Positions 11,298-21,127 of a stretch of DNA of 64,000 nt are shown piece after piece. The stretch's first letter is position 1. Each line of letters begins with the position of its first letter. The stretch is from Paraspadella gotoi (taxonomy: Eukaryota; Animalia; Chaetognatha). The notes under the pieces are model-generated. The model searched no databases. It was not told the DNA's origin and saw nothing but the letters and a program-made list of their open reading frames with translations. A program made the translations under genes and the position numbers. The DNA lies in NCBI GenBank assembly GCA_051294375.1, contig CM119269.1:10289056-10353055 (forward strand). The letters run 5' to 3'.

Positions 11298-13649
11298 ATG
11301 TGATAATTGTAAAAATTTAAGTTCTTGGTTCAGAGGTAGTTAAAAAAAATAAAAAAACTTCAAATCTTTTTTAAGTGTACTTTAAAATTTTGCAGGTGTC
11401 CAAGATGGCACTTTTTGTTTCTTTTATATCATCTCTGCCCTACCGTGCTAAACACTCACCCTAACCCTAACTACTCAACCCTAACCCTAACCTATACAAT
11501 AACCCAACCCTAAACCAACTCACCTAACCCTAATCTGAGTTAGTTTTAGGCGAAATCGCCATAACTAGAACGCTAAGATATAGTTCACAGCCTAAATCGC
11601 CACAAATGTGTGAGCGGCATCATGGCTAAGTCGCGATTTGCGCGACTTCGCACTGAACTACATTAGCGTTCTAGTTATGGCATTTCGCCTAAACTAAGCT
11701 TCAGATTAGGGTTAGGTTGAGGTCGACGTTGGTTTAGGGTTAGGGTTGAGTTGGTAGTAGTTAGGGTTAGGGTTGAGTAGTTTAGGTTAGGGTTGAGTAG
11801 TTTAGGGTTAGGGTTGAGTAGTTTAGGTTAGGGTTGGTTAAGTTAAGTTTATTTTAGCTTATTCATTAATGTCAATTTTAGGGATAGGGTAGGGAGGGGT
11901 GTTGTTGATGACCAAGAGCCCGCGTTAGGGTTAGGCTTAGGGAAGGTACTGCGAGGGACATTAGGGATTAGGGTTGAGGCCGGAGATGTACGGGAGGGCC
12001 TGGGCCGGTTTTAGGGTTAGGTTGGGAGAGAGGCCCGTGGGTTATATATCAAAGGCGATGAGGTTAGGTGAGGTACGGAGAATGTACGGAGGCCGGCCTG
12101 GGTTAGGGTTAGGGGAGAGGCATGGAGTTGAACGGGAGGCTTGTGGTTAGGTTGGGGAGGGACCCATGGTTGATGCATCGAAGGCGTTAGGGTTACGGGT
12201 TGAGGCACGCAGATGTATGGGAGGCCGGGCCTGGGTTAGGGTTAGGTGAGAGGCAGGATTGACGGGAGGCTTATTTTAGGGTTAGGGTTGGGGAGGGGCC
12301 GTGGTTGATGTATCAAAGGCGGTTAGGGTCAGGGTTGAGGCACGGAGATGTACGGGAGGCCCCGGCCTGGTTAGGGTAGGGGAGAGNNNNNNNNNNNNNN
12401 NNNNNNNNNNNGTTTAGTTTAGGCGAAATCGCCATAACTAGAACGCTAGATATAGTTCACAGCTAAATCGCCAAATGGTGAGGGCATCATGGCTAAGTCG
12501 CGATTTGGCGATTTCGCACTGAACTACATCTAGCGTTCTAGTTATGGCGATTTCGCCTAAACTAAGCTCAGATTAGGGTTAGGGTTGAGGTCGAGTTGGT
12601 TTAGGGTTAGGGTTGAGTTGGTAGTAGTTAGGGTTAGGGTTGAGTAGTTTAGGGTTAGGGTTGAGTAGTTTAGGGTTAGGGTTGGAGTAGTTTAGGGTTA
12701 GGGTTGAGTTAAGTTAAGTTTTATTTTAGGCTTATTATTAATGTTCAATTTTAGGGATAGGGGGGTAGGGAGGGGTGTTGTTGATGACAAGAGGCCCGCG
12801 TTAGGGTTAGGCTTAGGGAAGGTACTGGCGAGGGACATTAGGGATTAGGGTTGAGGACGGAGATGTACGGGAGCCTGGGCCGGTTTAGGGTTAGGGTTGG
12901 GAGAGAGGCCCGTGGGTTATATAACAAAGGCGATGAGGGTTAGGGTTGAGGTACGGAGATGTACGGGAGGCCGGGCCTGGGTTAGGGTTAGGGAGAGCAT
13001 GGAGTTGAACGGGAGGCTTGGTTTAGGGTTGGGGGAGGACCCATGGTTGATGCATCGAAGGCGGTTAGGGTTAGGGTTGAGGCACGAGATGTATGGGAGG
13101 CCGGGCCTGGGTTAGGGTTAGGTGAGAGCATGGAGTTGAACGGGAGGCTTAGTTTAGGGTTAGGGTTGGGGGAGGGCCCGTGGTTGATGTATCAAAGGCG
13201 GTTAGGGTCAGGGTTGAGCACGGAGATGTACGGGAGGCCCCGGCCTGGGTTAGGGTTAGGGAGAGGCACAGAGTTGAACAGGAGGCTTGGTTTAGGGTTA
13301 GGGTTGGGAGGGACCCATGGTTGATGCATCAAAGGCGGGTTAGGGTTAGGGTTGAGGCATGGAGAGTACGGGAGGCCCAGGCCCGGGTTAGGGTTAGGGG
13401 AGAGGCACAGAGTTTGAAGGGAGTGTTTTGTTAGGGTTTGGGTGGAGAGGAGCCTGTATTTGCTACTTTTATCACTGGCGAGGTCGCCAGTGGGGACTGG
13501 CGACATCGCCAAAGCCCTGGCGATATCGCCATGGCGAAGTCGCCAACCAACTAGAACCACACCTGCGTCTCGTGCGTGAATCGTCGGCGACATCGCTATT
13601 TGAATGAACTACAACTTAGGCTGAAAATTGAAAATCGGCGTCTTAAATA

Positions 13650-14528
13650 CAGAGGTGGGACTATATATCGAGACAAAATTTTAAAAATCATTACTCTAAA
13701 ACTCTTAATTATTTTTAAAATCTGAATTAATATTTGTATAATACTCTCTTTTAATGTTAATCTTTTTGAAATTCTTTAATATACTGCTTTTTTTGATGCA
13801 GCAAAGGCAACTGCTCGATTTTCTCCGCGCGGTTTGGAAGAAAAATGTTTGAAAACTTATTATTTAATCTCATTCTAAGACATAACAGTTAAAAATATTT
13901 TTTGGAAATACTCTTTTATAGTATAATAATGCTTCTGGCAAGGTGTACATTGCATTTTGGTTTAAAATAATTTGAAGTAAGCAGCTAAAGTTCGGGTAAG
14001 TTACTGTTTTGGTTTCATTTTTACTAAAACTTACTTTTATCAAAAAAATTAATAATGATATTATTAGATAATTAAGTTAATCATGTAAGATTTCTGAATG
14101 CATAATAAAAGGTTCAAAACGATAAGAAATACAAAGTATTTGACGATTAAGGCCTATTCGTTAAAATCTTCTTAAAATTTGTTTTACCTGAAAAAAAATT
14201 AAATAAGTTTAATTTGGATAGTGATGAAAAGCTTAAAATCAGGTCAATTGAAGATAAGACATACCACCGTCTTATTCAGAAACGACCACTAAAAATATTA
14301 ACAAGTATGGCTTTTATACTATGCAATGTAAGGTGCGCGTATGAAAATGACTAAATGATTTGAAAACATCCACAACGCCCTGTCGTTGTTTAAAATTTGT
14401 TATTGTTTCATTGCATATGAAAGTAAAAAGACAGAAAAATCTTTTGGCACCTATTTTATTATTGTATCTCAAATCGTTCAGACAGGGCAGGACGTTAAGT
14501 TTTGTCTCGATATAGGGTCCCACCCCTG
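13650..14528. mobile_element. Tc1/mariner-type non-autonomous element
   Basis: TA|CAGAGGTGGGACTATATATCGAGACAAAA ... TTTTGTCTCGATATAGGGTCCCACCCCTG|TA: ~30-bp TIRs with CAG ends and a TA duplication. No intact transposase. Confidence 0.75.
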
Positions 14529-15070
14529 TATAGTCTTTTACATTTTTGACCAACTTTATGAACTAATTTTTCAAAAAGAATTATACTTTGTTACATCAAC
14601 TTTTTGCAAGGAATCCAAATCCGATCTTAATATTTAAAAATTTGCATTTTGAAATTTTAGCCTATTATGTATTTATTAATATATATAAATATATCTCACT
14701 GGTGCCCACTAATGTCCAAAATTAAAAAAGAAATTTACCAAAATATTTTTATTGGTTTTTATTTTTATATTTTATATGCTAAATTTTTATTTTTTACAAT
14801 TTTATTATTTTAATTGAGGTTGGATTTTCGTTTTAACAATTGGCAACAAAATTTAGGTGATATCAAATTTGAATATACTAATATCTCTCTCTTTCTCTTT
14901 TTCTCTTTTTTTAGCGGCCGTGTATCTCATTTTTCTATCTATTATTTGATAATAAATGTCTCAAAATTAAATTCTGGGAAAAACGAACAAAAGAGTAACG
15001 GAAAAGAGTGCCTCATAGGAACTCTTAGTGATAAAAAGTATATTTTTGCCTGACCCAATGTGCACCGTAA

Positions 15071-15227
15071 TTAGGTTGTTACAGCGGCTATGACAAAGGT
15101 ATCGGCGTAGTTTATGAGGCCTTGACTTTTCTGCCACATGATGGGCATCCCATATAACAAGGGCGGATAAGCCAGAAGCGGATAACGAAAATTAGCGTTT
15201 TGTGTGAAAGGAACGCATGGTGAAGCG
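15071..15227 (-). CDS. Same gene, terminal exon 6
   Basis: Acceptor atttaacag|. SASPCVPFTQNANFRYPLLAYPPLLYGMPIMWQKSQGLINYADTFVIAAVTT*, ending in TAA at 15073-15071. Confidence 0.8.
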
Positions 15228-15307
15228 CTGTTAAATTTTGAAGAAGTTAAAATATCAAGTTAATTTTGTATTAATTAAGAAGAAAATATTACTTGTGTAA
15301 ATTTTAC

Positions 15308-15407
15308 CTGGTGAGAATCATGATATATCCCAATTCACTTATACAATTCGTAGAATTCTGGAACACGTGGAAAAGCTGGGAGTCTCTTTCGAGTAAAAAT
15401 GATGACC
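15308..15407 (-). CDS. Same gene, exon 5
   Basis: Acceptor aatctcag|, donor AG|gtaaaa. GSSFLLERDSQLFHVFQNSTNCISELGYIMILT. Phases 1 and 2 match the neighbouring exons. Confidence 0.8.
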
Positions 15408-15650
15408 CTGAGATTATAATTTCTTACTTTAGTACTATTTTCCGAAAGTACCCTATTTAACTTATATCATTTTTTCAACTTTTTTAGATTTTTTTTTCAG
15501 CTTGTATCATTTTATAACTTGCATCTTTTTTTCAACTTTCATATTTTTCAACATGCATATTTTTTGAGATATTCAGTCGCTCAAAAAGGCTTTCCCTGCA
15601 CATGGGACAAGACAGGGATCAATCCATTTTTTAGGATTAACTGTTCTTAC

Positions 15651-15783
15651 CCTCTTCCAACTTCAAGCCAACAATTGTTTTAAAGTGGCCATCTTTTGTA
15701 AACCAATTGTAGGGTTTCGTATTGTTTCCATCGAAAAGAGATTCAACAACTACGACGCCATCTTTGTAGAACGTCAGACGCAC
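15651..15783 (-). CDS. Same gene, exon 4
   Basis: Acceptor ctactttgaag|, donor G|gtaaga. VRLTFYKDGVVVVESLFDGNNTKPYNWFTKDGHFKTIVGLKLEE, open and in phase. Confidence 0.8.
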
Positions 15784-15843
15784 CTTCAAAGTAGGGGAAA
15801 ACTATTGATAAAAAACGCGGACAAAAAAAAAAGTGGAAGGTAC

Positions 15844-15953
15844 CTTTTTATTGCTGTTTTTAAATTGCTTATCCCATTCAGATTCTGTGAGGTTGAGCTG
15901 AGAAAGAATATCAATTCCAGAGCCGGCCCGGACTACCAAAAGCACCGTTTCAC
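15844..15953 (-). CDS. Same gene, exon 3 (start of C-terminal globular domain)
   Basis: Acceptor tttttaag|, phase 1 matches exon 2. GETVLLVVRAGSGIDILSQLNLTESEWDKQFKNSNKK. Donor AAG|gtacct, followed by a 60-bp intron. Confidence 0.72.
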
Positions 15954-16110
15954 CTTAAAAATAAAATGAAAAATCTGAATAAAAAATGTAAAACGATTCC
16001 ATGGTTGTAAGACCTGCGCAAAAAAAAAAGGACTCTTAAACCTTAAATTGCGAACGTTGTATGCATGTATTGAATGTATCGTAAAAAAATTATGATTGTT
16101 CATTGTTCAA

Positions 16111-16570
16111 TAAGGCGTAGTGAAAGTTACATACAAAAAATATAAAAGTTAATTATGAACAACATACCATCAGTGAACATTAATTTGTAAAAAAAATTAA
16201 TTTTATGTTTTTTAATTTTCGCAGTAGGCTATATTTATATATAGTACTATCCTTATAAAATCGAAAAATTTCAAAATAGGCTTTTTTTAATTTTTGACCA
16301 ACTTAATGAAGGAATTTTTTTAAAAAGAGTTATATTTCTTTTTATCAACTTTTAATGACGAATCCAAATCTGCAAAAAAATCTTAGAAAAAACTGTTTTG
16401 AAATTTAAACATTTATTGGTTTAGTACTAGTATAAATATGGCCTACTGCATAAATTGTAAAATCTATTATAAATTTTTTTATTACATAAATGTTCATTAG
16501 TATAATGTTGTTCGTTCCTCACTTTTAGAATTTTTATTAAAGTTAAATTTAGGAATTTTACTACGCCTTA
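16111..16570. mobile_element. hAT-type MITE in intron 2 of the coiled-coil gene
   Basis: TIR TAAGGCGTAG...CTACGCCTTA extending as ~140-bp imperfect arms. Perfect 8-bp TSD TTGTTCAA (16103-16110 and 16571-16578). Confidence 0.8.
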
Positions 16571-16912
16571 TTGTTCAACGTGTAAGTTAAAAGAAAATCG
16601 GTCTATTCATCAAATTGACTATATAGCACAAACTTTGTTTTCTCTTCTAATTCCAAACGCAACGAATTGAAAGTTTTTACATAAAGTCTGAAAATATGTG
16701 AAAAAAACTGAAAACACTTTTTAGCCATAATTATATTTACTTATTCATATATTATGAAAAAATTTTAATTAGAAATGCTGATCTTTGACAGAAGAATCCA
16801 TATATTTTAAAGCAAAAAAAAAAAAAAAATCGGTCCAGTAATTAAATACAAGTGGTGAAAAAAAGTATTTTTTTCTTCTCCAATATTTCCCTTTTTATAA
16901 ACTTTATCTTAC

Positions 16913-18783
16913 CTTGATGCATGTTGATAATTTCCTGGTCAAAAGAATTTTTTAAGATTTGATTCTGTGAAACGTTGCCTGACAACTCGGAAATCGCGTT
17001 CAATGTCTCATAATGACGAGAGGAGACGAGGCTCGAGAGTCCGGAAATCTTGTTGTCGATCTCCTTGGTTTCGTTGTCGATCTTCTCCAGATTTTGCGAG
17101 AATCCTGCCTTCATGATCCCCGTCAAATTTTGGAGGAGATCAGCGTCGTCGTTTCCGCTGCCTAATTTGCTGCCCAATCCGTTGATGGAAGAATTCAATT
17201 CATTGGTCGAAAGCGCCAAGTTTGATGTCAAGATGGCGAGATTCCCGTCTATTTCGTCCGTCTCGTTTTTGATTTGATCCGATATTTTTCCGAATTCTTT
17301 CTGCCTCTCTATCGAAGCATTACTGAGCTGCTTGTTCATCAAAGCCAATGCGGCGTCGATGTCGTTGGTTTCATTCGTCAAGGATTGCTGCACAGTCGAG
17401 ACTGCTGAATCTAATTTCGAAGTTTGCTGCAATATGTCTGACTTGATGCCCGAAAACCCATAATTTATCGCGCCGGTCTGGTTGTGGACGGCCATATCCA
17501 ATTTTTCAATGGCGTCATCTATCTGTTTCGTTTCTTTCTCTTAATGTTTTATTTCAGCACCATCAGATTGTCAGCCAGAATCATTGTCTCGGAATCGACT
17601 TTTTTCTTGCACACTTGTGATGTTAGACTGTATATTCTTAGTCTCCAGTAAAATCTTTGCTTCTGCGGCTGAAATAAAGTCAGAAATGTTTTTAGTTTTT
17701 GAATCTATACTATTATCCAACGTGTCTACTTTAACTTGAGATCTGATCGTTATATAGAGAGAGTTTTATTGTCGAGCTTTGATAAAACCGTGTCTATTCT
17801 TAATGTCTCCCTGCTAAAGTTTTTTTGAAGGTCATCCAAATTTTTGTTTAAATTCATTTGTTTCATTATTCAGCTTGCTTTCCCAGAGACATCAAACCTT
17901 CGCCTATATCATCTGTCCTATTAATGACTTCCTGATTAACATTCGAGTTTTCCGTCTATTTTTGTTGATCTTTGATCAATTGTATCATTGATGCTGTTGA
18001 GAGAATTATCAACTTGTTTGAATTCGTCTTCAAGTTTCGTAGTCAGATTTGATATCGCCGAATCGACCTCGTTTGTTTCCATCTTGACCACTCCGTCCAA
18101 GTTGACCAAGTCCTNNNNNNNNNNNNNNNNNNNNNNNNNNNNNNNNNNNNNNNNNNNNNNNNNNNNNNNNNNNNNNNNNNNNNNNNNNNNNNNNNNNNNN
18201 NNNNNNNNNNNNNNNNNNNNNNNNNNNNNNNNNNNNNNNNNNNNNNNNNNNNNNNNNNNNNNNNNNNNNNNNNNNNNNNNNNNNNNNNNNNNNNNNNNNN
18301 NNNNNNNNNNNNNNNNNNNNNNNNNNNNNNNGTCATCGCGATGGTCTGGTCCAAGTTGTTCGTCTCTTTGATCAACGTCTCATTGATATGCCGCGATGAT
18401 TCATCCAACTCGTTGCTCTCGTGGATGACGAGCGTCTTTAACTGCATCATCTCCTCTTGAATTTCCTCGGTTTCGTTGTCGACCAACTCGTGGAGATTCA
18501 GCAGGTTCACGTCGATCTGATTCGTCTCGATCTTGACTTTCTGGCTCAAGTTATCGATGTTGGTGTCGATTTCGTCCGTTTGGTTCGTCAATTGTCGACT
18601 CAATTGTTGCTTTTCCTTCGTAATTTGTTCTTTGACTTTCGTCAAGTCTGCCAGCAGTTGGTTTAATACGTTTTGTACATCGACATTTATTTCTTCTCTC
18701 ATATCCTTCACTTTGATGGAAATCGAATCGAGATTTGTGCCTTCAAAGTCTCCGTCCGAGTCCCCGTGGAGCTTGCCCATTCG
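16913..18783 (-). CDS. Same gene, large exon 2 encoding an 18-residue-repeat coiled-coil stalk (spans an N-gap and a frameshifted noisy segment)
   Basis: Acceptor tatttcag|CGA, donor G|gtaaga. ORFs 18043-18825 and 16842-17501 are parts of it. Repeats such as QTDEIDTNIDNLSQKVKI / ETNQIDVNLLNLHELVDN / ETEEIQEEMMQLKTLVIH occur, with many N-x-T/S sequons. The 17500-18050 segment has indels, which I infer to be sequence errors. Confidence 0.85.
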
Positions 18784-18944
18784 CTGAAATAGAAAAGTAT
18801 TATTCCTTCGCTCTATCGTTTGCACTTTGAATATCTAATTACCTATGGAAGTCAAGTGAACTGTGACTTCAGAGAGTCCACTAAACTCCTCTTTCCTCAC
18901 TTTTCTTCTCTCTTTTTTCCTGTCTTTCTCTCTTGAGTTGATCA

Positions 18945-18945
<1 letters not shown>

Positions 18946-19034
<89 letters not shown>

Positions 19035-19052
19035 CTCTCTCTCTCTCTCTCT
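18946..19052 (+). repeat. (CTTT)n/(CT)n compound microsatellite, one of dozens of CT/GA, CTTT, ACG, AAT, CAGTA and AAAAGT microsatellites in the window
   Basis: Seen directly. Others lie at ~21065, 30200, 31330, 32565, 33665, 34450, 35945, 50410, 58145, 59730 and 63710. Confidence 0.95.
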
Positions 19053-19363
19053 TACTCATTCACTCACACATTTTGAAAATGTTTTAAACATAAGGAACAT
19101 AATGAACGTTGTGAAAAAGTTAGAAATAATAAATGTTGTTGAATCGAGTCATTACGATTATAATAATTTTTTAAAAATTTTATACTTTCTAATATCAACT
19201 TGTTGCAAGGAATTTAAATCCGGCTTTAAAAATTAAAATCGTGATTTTAAAATTTTTGTCTATTTTATAAATAAAATTATTTATAATTATCAATAACTAG
19301 GACAAAAAATTGAATAGAATTTGATAAAAAACTTACCAAAATGAACTTAAAGGTGTTTATTTT

Positions 19364-20075
19364 GGTGGCTGTGGTATTCCTCCCACACGGGATTCCTCCC
19401 AACTGGATTCCTCCCACACGGGATTCCTCCCACGCGGGATTCCTCCCCATGGGATTCCTTCCACACGGGATTCCTCCTACACGGAATTCCTCCCCAAGGA
19501 ATTCCTCCCCATGGAATTCCTCCCCATGGAATTCCTTCCACATGGGATTCCTCCCAATGGAATTCTTCCCACACGGGTTTCCTCCCACGCGGGATTCCTC
19601 CCACACGGGAATCCTCCCACGCGTGATTCCTCCCACATGGGATACCTCCCACGCGAGATTTCTCCCACACGGGATTCCTCCCTCATGGGATTCCTCCCAC
19701 ACGGGTTTCCTCCCATGCAGGATTCCTCCCACACGGGATTCCTCCCATGTAGGATTCCTCCCATGCAGGATTCCTCCCACACGGGATTCCTCCCACACGA
19801 GATTCCTCCCATGTGAGATTCCTCCCACACGGGATTCCTCCCACACGGGATTCCTCCCCTTAAATTATGATTAACTTTCTTGTTGCATGTTCTTGTTGTA
19901 AGAAAAAAAATCAACTTTAGATTCATTAATAAAACTTTTTTTCCTATTGGGCGACGTGGGAGAAATCCCGCGTGTGAGGAATCCCATGAGAGAGGAATCC
20001 CGCGTTGTAAGAATACCGTGTGGAAGGAAGTCCCGTGTGGAAGGAATCCCGTGTGGGAGAAATCCCAATGGAACC
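19364..20075. mobile_element. Mutator-like MITE with subterminal 15-bp tandem repeats
   Basis: Perfect 9-bp TSD GTTTATTTT (19355-19363 and 20076-20084), GG...CC ends. About 30 copies of GGATTCCTCCCACAC in the left arm and ~7 inverted copies in the right arm. Confidence 0.78.
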
Positions 20076-20382
20076 GTTTATTTTCATATTTAAAAGATTA
20101 ATTTTAAATTTTTTTTATAATTTAATTTCATAATACCCTAAAGTAGTTGTATCGTTTTATTATCGTTTTATCATTTATCATTTTATCATATTATCACTTT
20201 AGAAATCGTCATTTGCGACAAGAAAGATAAAATTTAAAAAAAATGGTCATCACCATTATATTCTACAGTAAAAAAGTTATGTACGAAATTTGATATCTAA
20301 TATTTTGTTATCTTAAACGTTCTTGATTCTTTAATGAAAAAAATTCTGGCTCCCCGGAACCATGACCTTACTCTTCACTCAC

Positions 20383-20553
20383 CTTGTCTAGTTCATCGAC
20401 CCTGACTGAAATGGAAGATGCAGCAAGAGGACAACAACAATGATACAATTGACCGCAGAGAAGGACAAAGAGCACTTTTCCGACCGCAGAGGCGTTTGAG
20501 CTTTCGCTTCCTTTTTCGCTCACTGTCACGTATGGGTCCTCGGAAGACGGCAT
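20383..20553 (-). CDS. Uncharacterised probable type II membrane coiled-coil protein, first coding exon (short cytoplasmic tail and hydrophobic anchor)
   Basis: ATG in ccgccATG context, just downstream of a splice acceptor near 20581. MPSSEDPYVTVSEKGSESSNASAVGKVLFVLLC...VRVDELDK. Donor AAG|gtgagt, phase 0, joins the large exon in frame. Confidence 0.7.
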
Positions 20554-20938
20554 GGCGGATTAGTGAATGAATGAACTCGTCTGCGGACCGGAAAATACAG
20601 ATGTTTAAAATAATTTCATTTGCCAGAACCACCATTTAAAAAAAAATCGGTTGTGGAAAGAAAGTGAATCTAACTCTCTGTTGCACTACTTAACAAAACT
20701 TGTCTGAAAGGAATCCCTCAAATGGCGCACCTTCGCAACTTCTATTATGATCTACTATAACCACTTTAACCAGTTTTTCTGCCTCTGAAACTGTTAAACC
20801 GGTCATTGACTTCTAACTGTGAATCAAAAAAATCGAGTTTTGAATTATTTGAGATACGTACCTTGTAAGCACAATACTTAAAAAAATTGTATAGTCGGTT
20901 ATTTTCATTCTTATTTTCATACTTTAAATATTTATTCA

Positions 20939-21060
20939 TTGTGATATAATCCTTTCTTTTCGTTGTTTGAGAGAATTAAAGACAATTTGAATTAAGTTTT
21001 GACAACGATTTTGTTTTTCTTTTCACAACTTCTCAACTGTCCTGACCAATTGACTAAACT

Positions 21061-21127
<67 letters not shown>

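Larger units (their letters stand above)
8476..11447. mobile_element. Chapaev-like (CMC/Transib-related) non-autonomous DNA transposon, palindromic dimer of 3' ends
   Basis: Termini CACGGTTGGGCAGAG ... CTCTGCCCTACCGTG, 4-bp TSD CTAA (8472-8475 and 11448-11451). Arms of ~0.9 kb are inverted copies, each carrying a transposase C-terminus. Confidence 0.85.
7799..13557. mobile_element. Fold-back/palindromic element built from TTAGGG-containing ~138-bp higher-order repeats
   Basis: About 100-bp GC-rich terminal inverted repeats (gttctagttggttgcgacttcgccatggcgatatcgccagggc at 7799; reverse complement ending 13557). CCCTAA-strand array in the left arm, TTAGGG-strand array in the right arm. Symmetric centre with a ~26-nt loop (12477-12502, noisy copy near 11610-11635). 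Confidence 0.75.

Noticed and set aside
8476-11447. RAG1/RAG2 (ProtoRAG) transposon
   Set aside because: Only a short C-terminal transposase fragment is present. The TSD is 4 bp rather than 5, and there is no RSS-like heptamer/nonamer pair and no RAG2-like ORF.
11540-12386. Real tandem duplication of the fold-back centre and right arm
   Set aside because: It is an indel-rich copy of 12412-13265 ending at a 25-N gap, most simply an overfilled-gap overlap.
11700-13450. True telomere or chromosome-fusion site
   Set aside because: TTAGGG occurs mostly as dimers inside longer units, bounded by TIRs. The orientation (CCCTAA arm then TTAGGG arm) is opposite to an end-to-end fusion scar.
17500-18050. 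Pseudogenisation of the coiled-coil gene by frameshifts and stops
   Set aside because: The lesions cluster next to an N-gap in probable gap-fill sequence, while all other exons and splice sites are intact. Sequence error is more likely but unproven.
19277-20101. Stack of overlapping repeat ORFs or CRISPR-like array
   Set aside because: The 15-bp units are contiguous with no unique spacers and no cas genes, in eukaryotic context. A TSD-flanked MITE explains them.
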